From: an uncultured delta proteobacterium
Lineage (GTDB): Bacteria; Myxococcota_A; UBA9160; SZUA-336
Length of the DNA: 64,000 bases
Assembly (NCBI GenBank): GCA_963704165.1
Contig: CAVPHD010000006.1
Coordinates: 134,911-198,910, forward strand
Reading direction: 5' to 3'
Position numbers and translations under genes: made by a program. The notes under the pieces were generated by a model. That model had not been told where the DNA came from, searched no databases, and saw nothing but the letters and a program-made list of their open reading frames with translations. Shown piece by piece: positions 33,990 to 43,817 of the stretch. Positions within the stretch are counted from its first letter, which is position 1, and each line of letters starts with the position of its first letter.

Positions 33990-36253
33990 GACGTTTCCTC
34001 CGGGGTCGGCGCGGCTCGAGCCAGCGCGTCGAGAAAGAGATCGACGGTGAGAATCTCGGGAAGCACGATCGGCCGCTCCGGAGCGGCGGGCGAATAGACC
34101 AGGTAGAGCGGAACGCCCGCCTTTCCGAAGCGCGCGAGCTCGCTGCGGATGGCCTCGTCGCGCCGGGTCCAGTCGCCGACGAAGGTCTCGAAGCCGAGCC
34201 GCTCGAGCGTTTCGCGGACGCGCTCGTCCCCGAAGACGACGTGCTCGTTCACCTTGCAGGTCAGGCACCAGTCGGCGGTGAAGTACACGAAGACCGGCCG
34301 GCCGGCCGAGAGCGCGTCGCGAATCCCGTCCCTCGTGAACGCGCGACCGTCCACGGATTCCGGACCGGACGTCGATTCCGAGACGGGTCGCGCTTCGGCG
34401 ATCGGAAGCGCCGCGAGGCCGAGGACGGCCAGGAGCGCGAGCGCGACGGAGGCGACGCGGGCAGCGCCCGGAATCTCCGCCCGCTGCAGCGATCCGAAGA
34501 GCCAGACCCCGGCAGCGACGACGAGCAGGTAGACGAGCAGCGCCGACTGCGCGCCGACTCCCGCCGAACGGCCCATGATCCAGAGCAGCCAGACGACCGT
34601 GCCGAGCAGCGCGAAGCCGAGGCCCGCGCGCAGGTGAAGCATCCACGAGCCGCTCCGCGGGATGAAGCGCGCCCAGGCCGGCACGAGCGTGACGAGTACG
34701 AACGGCAGCGCGAGCCCGACCCCGATCGCGAGGAAGATCGAGACGATCACCGGCCACGGGCTCGCGAACGCGAAGCCCACGGCCGTGCCGAGAAACGGCG
34801 CCGAGCACGGCGTCGCCACCACGACCGCGAGCAGGCCTTCGAAGAAGCTGCGGCGCGCGCCGACCGCGCTCGCGCCGGCGCTCGCGAGCCTCGTCGTGTC
34901 GAATCCGATCTCGAAGACGCCGAAGAGATTCAGCGCGAAGACGACGAGCACCGCGGACACCGCCGCGACGAAGAGCGGCTCCTGGAACTGGAAGCCCCAG
35001 CCGACGGAGGTGCCAGCCGCGCGAAGGCTCGCGACGACGAGCGCGAGCGCGAGCATCGTGACGAGCACGCCCGCGAGGTAGGCGACACCGTATTGGATCA
35101 CCGCGCCGCGGTGCTTGTGCGCGAGCTCGGCGATGCCGAAGACCTTGATCGCGAGCACGGGCAGGACGCACGGCATCAGGTTCAGGATCAGGCCGCCGGC
35201 GAGCGCGAGAAGCAGCGCGCGCCAGAGCGGAACCGCGAGCGCAGGATTCGCGAGCTCGGCCGGCTCGAGCCAGGGGCTCTCGAGCGCGATCACGCTCGCA
35301 CCCTCGGCTTCGCGCGGCAACGGCAGATCGACCTCGAGGTAGGCCGGGCGATCGTCGCGCTCGAGCGCCAGCACGCCGCGAAGCCGATCGCTCGCGGAAG
35401 GCGACGCATCCGAGGCGGCGCGGCCCGAGAGCGTGAGCAGAAAGCCACCTGCGAGAAATTCCGGTCTGCGGCCGCCCGTGGTCGCGAGCTCGATCCCGTC
35501 GATGCGGTCGGGAACGAAGGCGTTCTTCGCGTCGCGCGTTCCCGGCATCAGCTTCGGGCAGTCGCTCGGATCGGCGCCCGGCTCGGAGCAGCCTCGCACC
35601 GCGAGCGCTGCGCGAAACTCGTCGCCGGGACGGATCGCGGAGAGCGAGTAGACGGCCTCGAGTTCGATCCCGAGCTTTGCCGGGTCGCGGGGGACACGCG
35701 AAGCCCACTCCTCGAAGAACGCGTGCGTCGCGGGATCGGGGAGCGTCGGCACGGAATCGACGCGAATCGTGCGGCGGAGCTTCACTTCACCCGGGATGCA
35801 CTGCACCTCGCAGACCAGGAACTCGGCATCGACCGCGACTTCGACCTCTCCGCTCGCGTCTGGCGCGAAGGCAGCCTCGGAGATCAGCATGACCTCGTGC
35901 GCGTAGCCGTAGGTCGTGATGAAGCCGTCGGCTTCGCTGAAGACCTCGGGAAACGGCCACCCGATCGGGCCGACGTCGGCGCCGTCGATCGTCCAGGTCA
36001 GCTTCGTCGGCAGCCCCGACTGACCGGAGTTTCGCCAGTAGACGTGCCAACCGCGGTCGAGGGTGAAGTGGACACCGAGGCGAAGCGCTTCCCCCGGCGC
36101 GACCGTGTCGCTCTCCGCGTAGAGCCGGACTTCGACGCGAGCCTCATCGCCGTCCGAAGCACCGGTCCCGACGGCGGAATCGGGCACGGCCGGGATGGCC
36201 GCGGCCGTGGGGGCGAGGAGCGAGAACAGCAGGATCGCGAGGGTGGAGCGCAT
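33986..36253 (-). CDS. dsbD: Thiol:disulfide interchange protein (DsbD family)
   Basis: GWHVYWRN and CEVQC (N-domain), NLMPCVLPVL and TPCSAPFLG (TM domain), TADWCLTCK (Trx domain). Confidence 0.9.
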   Translation of the reverse strand: MRSTLAILLFSLLAPTAAAIPAVPDSAVGTGASDGDEARVEVRLYAESDTVAPGEALRLGVHFTLDRGWHVYWRNSGQSGLPTKLTWTIDGADVGPIGWPFPEVFSEADGFITTYGYAHEVMLISEAAFAPDASGEVEVAVDAEFLVCEVQCIPGEVKLRRTIRVDSVPTLPDPATHAFFEEWASRVPRDPAKLGIELEAVYSLSAIRPGDEFRAALAVRGCSEPGADPSDCPKLMPGTRDAKNAFVPDRIDGIELATTGGRRPEFLAGGFLLTLSGRAASDASPSASDRLRGVLALERDDRPAYLEVDLPLPREAEGASVIALESPWLEPAELANPALAVPLWRALLLALAGGLILNLMPCVLPVLAIKVFGIAELAHKHRGAVIQYGVAYLAGVLVTMLALALVVASLRAAGTSVGWGFQFQEPLFVAAVSAVLVVFALNLFGVFEIGFDTTRLASAGASAVGARRSFFEGLLAVVVATPCSAPFLGTAVGFAFASPWPVIVSIFLAIGVGLALPFVLVTLVPAWARFIPRSGSWMLHLRAGLGFALLGTVVWLLWIMGRSAGVGAQSALLVYLLVVAAGVWLFGSLQRAEIPGAARVASVALALLAVLGLAALPIAEARPVSESTSGPESVDGRAFTRDGIRDALSAGRPVFVYFTADWCLTCKVNEHVVFGDERVRETLERLGFETFVGDWTRRDEAIRSELARFGKAGVPLYLVYSPAAPERPIVLPEILTVDLFLDALARAAPTPEETS

Positions 36254-36370
36254 CGGTGCCGAGAATCTACCGTAGCGGGGTCGCACCGGCCCAAGCTTGA
36301 CAGGCCCGGACCGGAGTCGATCGTCTCGCGTACAGGCGTCGGTCTCTCGATCGCCGTGCGGAGGATTCAG

Positions 36371-37240
36371 ATGAAGCGCGTCGCCCTGTTCGTGATCACC
36401 AACCTCGCGGTCCTCGCCGTACTCGCGATCGTCGCGCGAGTGCTCGGCGTCGATCGTGCCGCGCCCGGTCAGTACGGCGCGCTGCTCGCGTTCGCGGCGG
36501 TCTTCGGCATGGGCGGCTCGTTGATCTCGCTCGCCATCTCGAAGTGGAGCGCGAAGCGAATGATGGGCGTGAAGCTGATCACGGAGCCGCGCGGCGACGC
36601 GGAGCAATGGCTCGTGAACGCCGTCTCGCGTCACGCGCAGTCGGCCGGGATCGGCATGCCCGAAGTCGGAGTCTTCGAGTCGCCGCAGCCCAACGCCTTC
36701 GCGACCGGAGCGCGGCGCGACTCGGCGCTCGTCGCGGTCTCGACGGGGCTCCTGCGCTCGATGAACCGCGAGCAGGTGGACGCGGTTCTCGCGCACGAGA
36801 TCTCGCACGTCGCGAACGGCGACATGGTCACGCTCACGCTGATCCAGGGCGTGCTGAACACGTTCGTGATCTTCCTGTCGCGGGTGGTGGGAAGCATCAT
36901 CGACAAGGCCGTATTCCGCTCGGAGCGCGGTCACGGTCCCGGGTACTTCCTGACGGTGATCGCGCTGCAGATCCTGTTCGGGATGCTCGCGAGCGTGATC
37001 GTGTTCTGGTTCTCACGGCAGCGCGAGTTCCGCGCCGACGCTGGCGGGGCCGGGCTCGCGGGCCGGCCGAACATGATCTCCGCGCTCGAGCGCCTGAAGG
37101 CCGGCGCCGGCGGAGAGCCGCTTCCCGATCAGCTCGGCGCGTTCGGAATCTCCGGCGGAAAGAAGGGGATCTCGCGCCTGTTCATGACCCATCCGCCGCT
37201 CGACGAGCGGATCAGTCGCCTGCGGGAGACTTCGGCCTGA
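36371..37240 (+). CDS. htpX: Zinc metalloprotease HtpX
   Basis: PNAFATG, HEISHVANGDMVT (HExxH), FSRQREFRAD, THPPL. GGAGG RBS. Confidence 0.95.
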   Translation: MKRVALFVITNLAVLAVLAIVARVLGVDRAAPGQYGALLAFAAVFGMGGSLISLAISKWSAKRMMGVKLITEPRGDAEQWLVNAVSRHAQSAGIGMPEVGVFESPQPNAFATGARRDSALVAVSTGLLRSMNREQVDAVLAHEISHVANGDMVTLTLIQGVLNTFVIFLSRVVGSIIDKAVFRSERGHGPGYFLTVIALQILFGMLASVIVFWFSRQREFRADAGGAGLAGRPNMISALERLKAGAGGEPLPDQLGAFGISGGKKGISRLFMTHPPLDERISRLRETSA

Positions 37241-39179
37241 CGCGCTTCCCGCCCGATCGAGCGGCTCGGCGGTAGCCGGGCCGCGAGACCCGCTCGGCCG
37301 CGTCGATCGCCTCCTGCCGGCGCGCTTCGATCGCCTCGCGCGGCGCGCGTGACGGGATCAGACACTCCGGTCCGTCGCCGATCAGGTCCGCGCGACCGGC
37401 CGTTTCGAGCGCCCGGTGCACGGTGAAGTAGTTCTCGGGCGCGAAGAACTGCAGCAACGCGCGCTGCACCTTCCGATCGTGGAGCTTGCGCGCGGTCTCG
37501 ACGGGCTTCATCGAGAACGGGTTGAGCCCCGTCCAGTACATGCAGGTCGCGAGGTCCATCGGCGCGGGGATGAAGTCCTGCACCTGGCGCGGACGGTAGC
37601 CACGCGCCTTCAGGAAGATGGCGAGCTCGATCATGTCCTCCACCGTCGAGCCCGGATGACTCGCGATGAAGTACGGCACCAGGAACTGCTCCTTGCCCGC
37701 GCGCCGGGACGCGGCCTCGAAGCGGTCCGCGAACTCGTCGAAGGATCTCCGGGCCGGCTTCTTCATCAGCGCGAGCACGCGATCCGAGACGTGCTCCGGG
37801 GCGACCTTCAGGTGTCCGCCGACGTGGTGCGCGGCGAGCTCCTCGAGGTATTCGGGATCCTCGCGCGCGAGATCCATGCGGATGCCCGACGCGATGTGAA
37901 CCTTGACGACGCCGGGAACCGCGCGCGCTTCCCGCATCAGGGCCTTGGTCGGCTCGTGACTGGTTCCGAGCAGCTTGCACACCGTCGGGTGTATGCAGGA
38001 CAGGCGCCGGCAGACGGCTTCCGCCTCGGGCTTCGTGCAGCGCATCCGGTACATGTTCGCCGTCGGGCCGCCGAGGTCGCTGACGTGTCCCGAGAAGCCG
38101 GGCGTCGAGGCGAGGGTGCGCACCTCGTCGAGGATCGACTCGGGGCTCCGGCTCTGGATCGCGCGGCCCTGGTGCATCGTGATCGAGCAGAACGAGCAGC
38201 CGCCGAAGCAGCCGCGCATGATCTGCACGGAATCCCGGATCGTCTGCCAGGCGGGGATCTCCTCGCTGTAGCGTGGGTGAGGCCTTCGCGTGTACGGCAG
38301 ATCGTAGAGCGCATCCATCTGCGCCTCGGAGAGCGCGAGGGTCGGCGGATTCACGACCAGCATGCGATCGCCGTGCATCTGCAGCAGCCGACGCGCATTC
38401 AGCGGGTTCGTCTCGCGGTGCATGTCGTGGGTCATCACCGCGAACGCGGACTTGTCGACGGCGACGGTCTCGAAGCTCGGGAGCGTCACGTCCTCGTTCG
38501 GACAGTTCGCGTCGTCGAAGCGATGCGGCGGCACGGGCTCCGACTTCCCCAGCAGGTAGGCCACGCCGCGCAGGTCTCGAAGCCCCTCGGTCCCGAGCCC
38601 CGCGTCGAGTCGCCGCGCGATCTCGAGGATCGCGGTCTCGCCCATCCCGTACACGAGCAGGTGCGCCTTCGAGCTGACCAGGCTGCTCGGCCAGACCTTG
38701 TCCGACCAGTAGTCGTAATGCGCGATCCGGCGCAGTGACCCCTCGACTCCACCCGCGATCACCGGCACGCCGGGGTACGCCTCGCGGCAGCGCTGCGCGT
38801 AGACGGCGAGCGCGCGGTCGGGGCGCAGACCCGTGCGCCCCCCCGGCGAGTAGGCGTCCGCGTTGCGGCGCTTCCGGTTCGCCGTGTAGTGATTGATGAG
38901 CGAATCCATGTTGCCCGCGCTCACGCCGTAGAAGAGACGCGGCCGGCCGAGCGCGCGAAATGCATCGACGGATTTCCAGTCGGGCTGCGCGAGGATCGCG
39001 ACGCGGTAGCCGTTCGCCTCGAGCCAGCGGCCGAGGATCGCGGCCGCGAAGGATGGATGATCGATGTACGCGTCACCGGAGACGAGCACCACGTCGGGCT
39101 GATCCCATCCGCGTGCGCGCATCTCCGCGACGGTCGTGGGCAGGAAGGCGTCGGCGGTGGGTGGCTTCGTGGGGCGCAT
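37212..39179 (-). CDS. ygiQ: YgiQ (UPF0313) family radical SAM protein
   Basis: GDAYIDHPSF, RGCFGGCSFC (CxxxCxxC), DLGGPTANMY, PYFIASHPG. Confidence 0.92.
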   Translation of the reverse strand: MRPTKPPTADAFLPTTVAEMRARGWDQPDVVLVSGDAYIDHPSFAAAILGRWLEANGYRVAILAQPDWKSVDAFRALGRPRLFYGVSAGNMDSLINHYTANRKRRNADAYSPGGRTGLRPDRALAVYAQRCREAYPGVPVIAGGVEGSLRRIAHYDYWSDKVWPSSLVSSKAHLLVYGMGETAILEIARRLDAGLGTEGLRDLRGVAYLLGKSEPVPPHRFDDANCPNEDVTLPSFETVAVDKSAFAVMTHDMHRETNPLNARRLLQMHGDRMLVVNPPTLALSEAQMDALYDLPYTRRPHPRYSEEIPAWQTIRDSVQIMRGCFGGCSFCSITMHQGRAIQSRSPESILDEVRTLASTPGFSGHVSDLGGPTANMYRMRCTKPEAEAVCRRLSCIHPTVCKLLGTSHEPTKALMREARAVPGVVKVHIASGIRMDLAREDPEYLEELAAHHVGGHLKVAPEHVSDRVLALMKKPARRSFDEFADRFEAASRRAGKEQFLVPYFIASHPGSTVEDMIELAIFLKARGYRPRQVQDFIPAPMDLATCMYWTGLNPFSMKPVETARKLHDRKVQRALLQFFAPENYFTVHRALETAGRADLIGDGPECLIPSRAPREAIEARRQEAIDAAERVSRPGYRRAARSGGKRVRPKSPAGD

Positions 39180-39207
39180 CGGGGCCGGGGAGTATAGCCT
39201 TCGCGGC
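39180..39207. promoter_or_regulatory. Putative bidirectional -10 region between ygiQ and the RNA methyltransferase gene
   Basis: 28-bp gap containing AGTATAGCCT: TATACT on the minus strand and TAGCCT on the plus strand. Confidence 0.5.
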
Positions 39208-40347
39208 GTGAGCGAAGAGATCCCGCCGTGTCCTCACCGGCCGCCCTGCCCCGGGTGCCCGCATTACGGCGAATCCGGGATCGCGCTCCACGCGGCGACG
39301 CGGCTCGCAGCGCTCGCTTCGCGCGCAGGGCTGCCGGAGCCGAGGGCGGTCGGCGGTGCGACGCTCGGATTCCGAAGCCGCGCCCGACTCGCCGTGCGCG
39401 GACGCGCGAGCTCGCCGAAGCTCGGGCTCTTCGAGGCCGGGACCCACCGGGTCGCCGACATTCCACGGTGTAGGATCCACGATCCGCGCGTGAACGACGT
39501 CGCCGCCGCGCTGCGCCGCGCGATTCGTGAGACCGGTGTCGCGCCCTATGCGGAGCGCTCGCACCGGGGCTCGCTTCGCTACGTGCAGATCGCGATCGAG
39601 CGCGCGACGTCGCGCGCGCAGGTCGTCCTGGTCGGGAACGAGACGAGCCCGGAGCCGCTGCGCCGGACCTTCTCCGCGCTCGCCCGAGAGCTCGGCGATC
39701 GACTGCAGGGGCTCTGGTGGAACGGAAATCCCGGGCGCACGAATGCGATCTTCGGGCCGTTCTGGGAGCACGTCTCGGGCGAGGAAGCGCTCCGCGAAAC
39801 GATCGCGGGCGTGGACGTCTTCCATCCGCCGGGCGCGTTCGGTCAGAGCCATTCCGATCTCTTCGAGCGACTCGCTCAGCGCGCGCGCGAGCGGGTACCC
39901 GCCGGCGCGCGCGTTCTCGAGCTCTTCGCGGGCACCGGTGCGATCGGGCTCGGCCTGCTCGAAGACGCGCAGAGCGTCGGCATGAACGAGATCTCGGCCC
40001 ACGGCCTGCGCGGTCTCGAGCTCGGAATCGGGGCGCGGCCGACATCCGAGCGGGCACGCGCGGAAATTCTGCCGGGCGACGCGGCGCGCCACGCCGATCG
40101 GCTCGCTTCGACCGACACGTTGATCGTCGATCCGCCGCGGAGCGGCCTCGGAGCCGAGCTCGTCGAGGCGGTTCTCGCGCGGCCGCCCGCACAGCTCGTG
40201 TACGTGAGCTGCGGCCTCGACGCGTTCCTGCGCGAAGCCTCGCGCTGGCTCGACGCGGGCGTGCTGGAGCTCCGGACGCTCGAGGCCTACGCGCTCTTCC
40301 CGTACACGGAGCACGTCGAGACCCTCGCGGTCTTCGCGCGCCCGTGA
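39208..40347 (+). CDS. RlmD/TrmA-family RNA (uracil-5) methyltransferase
   Basis: CPHRPPCPGC Fe-S motif, ELFAGTG, VDPPRSGL, YVSC, FPYTEHVE. Confidence 0.88.
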   Translation: MSEEIPPCPHRPPCPGCPHYGESGIALHAATRLAALASRAGLPEPRAVGGATLGFRSRARLAVRGRASSPKLGLFEAGTHRVADIPRCRIHDPRVNDVAAALRRAIRETGVAPYAERSHRGSLRYVQIAIERATSRAQVVLVGNETSPEPLRRTFSALARELGDRLQGLWWNGNPGRTNAIFGPFWEHVSGEEALRETIAGVDVFHPPGAFGQSHSDLFERLAQRARERVPAGARVLELFAGTGAIGLGLLEDAQSVGMNEISAHGLRGLELGIGARPTSERARAEILPGDAARHADRLASTDTLIVDPPRSGLGAELVEAVLARPPAQLVYVSCGLDAFLREASRWLDAGVLELRTLEAYALFPYTEHVETLAVFARP

Positions 40348-40415
40348 GCGGCGCTCCGCCCGTGTCGCGCTTCGCGGACTGGTAGAATCGGCACACGAGT
40401 CAGAGGAGACGGGGA

Positions 40416-41420
40416 ATGAAGGTCGATGCGGGATTGTTCAGTGATCTCGAACAGGTGCCGACGCGCATCCGCGAGCTGGAAGCCGCGGGCTACGACGGCG
40501 CGATCACCGCGGAGACCTCGCACGACCCGTTCTTTCCGCTCCTGCTCGCCGCGGAGCACAGCACGCGGATCGAGCTGATCACCGCGATCGCGGTCGCGTT
40601 CGCGCGCAGCCCGATGAACCTCGCGAACCTCGCACACGATCTGAATTCGTACTCGAAGGGCCGCTTCATCCTCGGGCTCGGGTCGCAGATCCAGCCGCAC
40701 ATCACCAAGCGCTTCAGCATGCCCTGGTCCCATCCCGCCGCGCGCATGCGCGAGCTGATCCTGGCGATGCGCTCGATCTGGGCGTGCTGGTACGAGGGCA
40801 AGAAGCTCGAGTTCCGCGGCGAGTTCTACACGCACACGCTGATGACGCCGATGTTCACCCCGGTCGACACGAAGTCCGGCGTCCCGCGCGTCTTCCTCGC
40901 GGCCGTCGGACCGCGAATGACCGAGGTCGCGGGGGAAACCGCCGACGGAATGATCGCGCACGCCTTCACCACCGAACGGTACATGCGCGAGGTGACGATT
41001 CCCGCGCTCGAACGGGGACTGGCGACGTCGGGCCGAACGCGCGCCGGCTTCCAGGTCGCGTTTCCCGCGTTCGTCGTCACCGGCGCCGACGAGAAATCGT
41101 GGATGGAGCAGCGCAGAGCCGTCTGCAAGCAGATCGCGTTCTACGGCTCGACGCCCGCCTACCGCCCCGTGCTCGAGATGCACGGCTGGGGAGGACTCCA
41201 GACCGAACTCAACTCGCTCAGCAAGCGGGGGCAGTGGGACAAGATGGGGGAGCTCGTCGGAGACGAGATGCTCGAGGCGTTCGCGATCGTCGGCACGCCC
41301 GACGAGATCGTGCCCCGGCTCAAGGCGCGCTACGGCGACGTCGTCGATCGGGTCACGCTCACCTTCGGCTTCGGCGAGAAGACGAGCCCGCGAGAGCTGA
41401 TCGAGGCTCTGCACGGGTAG
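40416..41420 (+). CDS. LLM-class (probable F420-dependent, TIGR03617-like) oxidoreductase
   Basis: AETSHDPF, AVAFARSPM, GLGSQIQPHITKRFSMPW, FYGSTPAY. AGAGGAG RBS. Confidence 0.85.
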   Translation: MKVDAGLFSDLEQVPTRIRELEAAGYDGAITAETSHDPFFPLLLAAEHSTRIELITAIAVAFARSPMNLANLAHDLNSYSKGRFILGLGSQIQPHITKRFSMPWSHPAARMRELILAMRSIWACWYEGKKLEFRGEFYTHTLMTPMFTPVDTKSGVPRVFLAAVGPRMTEVAGETADGMIAHAFTTERYMREVTIPALERGLATSGRTRAGFQVAFPAFVVTGADEKSWMEQRRAVCKQIAFYGSTPAYRPVLEMHGWGGLQTELNSLSKRGQWDKMGELVGDEMLEAFAIVGTPDEIVPRLKARYGDVVDRVTLTFGFGEKTSPRELIEALHG

Positions 41421-41431
41421 GGTCCCGGTTC

Positions 41432-41740
41432 ATGGGCGGCATGTACGAAGCCCGGTGCCCGTGTGGGTACACGTCCGGCACCCTGCTCGAGGGCCGGGGG
41501 ATGTCGGGACCCGACAGCGCTCGCGTGCTCGCTCGCTGCCGCGGGTGCCGGGAGATCCTCTCGATGCGCGCCTCGAAGTCGACCGGTCGCTGTCCGCGCT
41601 GCCGCGGCGACCTCGACCCCGTCGCGGTCCCCTACGGGTCGCTCCTCGATCCAGAGCCGCCCGATGATCCGCCGAGATCGGAGTGCCCGCGTTGCCGCGA
41701 AGTCCGCCTCGAGCTGATCCCTGTCGGGGACTGGGACTAG
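41432..41740 (+). CDS. Small Cys-rich (double zinc-ribbon-like) hypothetical protein
   Basis: CPC, CRGC, CPRC, CPRC and C-terminal GDWD in 102 aa. Confidence 0.7.
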   Translation: MGGMYEARCPCGYTSGTLLEGRGMSGPDSARVLARCRGCREILSMRASKSTGRCPRCRGDLDPVAVPYGSLLDPEPPDDPPRSECPRCREVRLELIPVGDWD

Positions 41741-41821
41741 AGACCCGACGGCCGAGCACCGTCGGTCCACTCGCTTGGGACCCGAGAAGACCCGTGTACA
41801 ATCCCGCGTCGTCGAACGGGG

Positions 41822-43144
41822 GTGAACACGATGGACGCTTCGCAGTGGCTGGCGCTCGGAGTCTTCGCCGTCGCGATCGCGGCCGTCGTCAGCAACGTCG
41901 TCGACACCACGCTCACGGCCCTGCTCGGCGTCACCGCGATGATCTGGCTCGGCGTGATGAGCGAGCAGGAGGCGTTCGGCTACGTCGATTGGAACGTGAT
42001 GTCGATCCTGGTCAGCATCTGGATGATCGCGGGCTACTTCGGGAAGACGGGCGTGCCGAGCTGGCTCTCGGTGCAGGCACTCCGGCTCTCGGGCGGCCGG
42101 CCGGGCCTGTTGGTGATGATCCTGACCTTCCTCGGCGGCATCATCTCGATGTTCGTCGACAACGTGGTGACGATCCTGATGATGACGCCGGTCGCGCTGC
42201 CGCTCGCGCGCGCGATGAAGCTGGCCGCCGCGCCGGTGATCCTGATGATCGGCTTCGGCGCGAACTTCATGGGAACCGCGCTGATCATCGGCGACCTGCC
42301 ACCGCAGATGCTTCACAGCGTGGCGGGCGCGGAGTTCTTCGACTTCATCTGGCAGTTCGGCCGGCCGTCGTCGTTCCCGATCCTCGTCGTCACGTTCGTG
42401 ATCACGCTCGCGGTCATGTACGCCTACGGTTTCCGCGGCCGCGAGCGCGTGCGGGACCTCTCGTCGCTCGGCATCGATGCCCGGATCCCGAATCCGCTCT
42501 TCGCCGCGGTCGTGGTGACGTGGTTCGTCGGCACGGTGGTGGCGATGTCGATGCGGGAGATCCTCGGCGTGAAGCTCGGCTTCATCGCCCTCACCGGCGC
42601 GGTGACGCTCGTGCTCGCGCTCACCCTGCTCGGCGAACGCGTGAAGGCGCCGAGCATCGAGGAGATGGTTCAGGAGCTCGACTGGCGCGCGATCTTCTTC
42701 TACATCGCGCTCTTCGCGCTCGTCGGCGGGCTCGAGAAGAGCCACGTCCTCGAGCTACTGGCCGAGGGCATCAAGCCGCTCTTCGCGGACAGCTACCTGC
42801 TCGGCGCGTCGGCTCTCTACTGGGTGACGATCCCGATCGTCGGCCTGGTCGAGCACGACGCGTACATCCTCACGTTCCTCTACACCATCCGCGACCTCGG
42901 GCACGCCGGCATCGAGCCCTGGCCGCTCTACTGGATGCTGCTCTGGTCGGGAACCCTGGGCAGCAACCTCAGCATCGCGGGCGCGCCAGCGCTGTACGTC
43001 GCGCTGACCCTCGCCGAGAAGGAAGAAGGACGGAAGATCTCGCTGCGGGAGTTCCTCGCGTGGAGCGTCCCGTTCACCCTGGTCTGCTCGTTCGTCTGTT
43101 ACGTGCTGGGCATGCTGATCTGGGTGCTACCGTACGCGCACTAG
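41822..43144 (+). CDS. ArsB/NhaD/SLC13 (ion transporter superfamily) permease
   Basis: Multi-TM; SMFVDNVVT, IIGDLP, GTLGSNLSIAGAPA. Confidence 0.85.
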   Translation: MNTMDASQWLALGVFAVAIAAVVSNVVDTTLTALLGVTAMIWLGVMSEQEAFGYVDWNVMSILVSIWMIAGYFGKTGVPSWLSVQALRLSGGRPGLLVMILTFLGGIISMFVDNVVTILMMTPVALPLARAMKLAAAPVILMIGFGANFMGTALIIGDLPPQMLHSVAGAEFFDFIWQFGRPSSFPILVVTFVITLAVMYAYGFRGRERVRDLSSLGIDARIPNPLFAAVVVTWFVGTVVAMSMREILGVKLGFIALTGAVTLVLALTLLGERVKAPSIEEMVQELDWRAIFFYIALFALVGGLEKSHVLELLAEGIKPLFADSYLLGASALYWVTIPIVGLVEHDAYILTFLYTIRDLGHAGIEPWPLYWMLLWSGTLGSNLSIAGAPALYVALTLAEKEEGRKISLREFLAWSVPFTLVCSFVCYVLGMLIWVLPYAH

Positions 43145-43159
43145 CCGGAGGTCGAGTCG

Positions 43160-43603
43160 ATGTACGAACACATCCTGGTGCCGACCGACGGCTCGCCGCT
43201 CTCGCGAGCCGCCGTCCGAGATGCGATCGCACTCGCGCGCGCCCTGGGCGCCCGAGTCACGGGTCTGTTCGCGGCCCCCGCGCCGACGCCGATTCTGTTC
43301 CGCAATCGCCTGCCGGCCGGATATTCGACGACCCGCAACAACGAGAAGCTGATCGCCAAGGCGGCGGCCGCGCACCTCGCCGTGATTCAGAAGGCGGCGG
43401 CCGCGGCCGGAGTTCCGTGCACCTGCGTCTCGGTGAAGAGTGACTTCCCCGCCGACACGATTCTGGTCGAGGCGAAGCGGCGCAAGTGCGATCTCATCTT
43501 CATGGCCTCGCACGGGCGGCGCGGACTGAAGAGCCTGTTGCTCGGCAGCGAAACACAGAAGGTGCTGTCGCAGGCGAAGATCCCCGTGGTGGTGCATCGC
43601 TAG
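43160..43603 (+). CDS. Universal stress protein
   Basis: HILVPTDGS, MASHGRRG, LLGSETQKVL. GGAGG RBS. Confidence 0.93.
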   Translation: MYEHILVPTDGSPLSRAAVRDAIALARALGARVTGLFAAPAPTPILFRNRLPAGYSTTRNNEKLIAKAAAAHLAVIQKAAAAAGVPCTCVSVKSDFPADTILVEAKRRKCDLIFMASHGRRGLKSLLLGSETQKVLSQAKIPVVVHR

Positions 43604-43685
43604 CCGCTTTGAATTCCTTCACACCTGCGGGATCTCTGCGGGGCTCGGGCGCCACCGACACCTTCGAGAAGGCCCGCCGGGCAGG

Positions 43686-43817
43686 GAGATCCTGTTCCTC
43701 CTCCTGGTCGCGCACGCCGGGATCGACCTCTCGAAGTGCGAAGGCCGACTCTCGTTCGACCCCGACCCGGGACTCCACCTGCTCTGCAAGCTCGTCTACG
43801 TCGCGATCCTGGTCTAG
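43686..43817 (+). pseudogene. Possible 3' remnant of a DUF3307-like membrane protein gene
   Basis: EILFLLLVAHAGIDLSKCEGRLSFDPDPGLHLLCKLVYVAILV* with GC3-rich codons; no in-frame start found. Confidence 0.4.
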
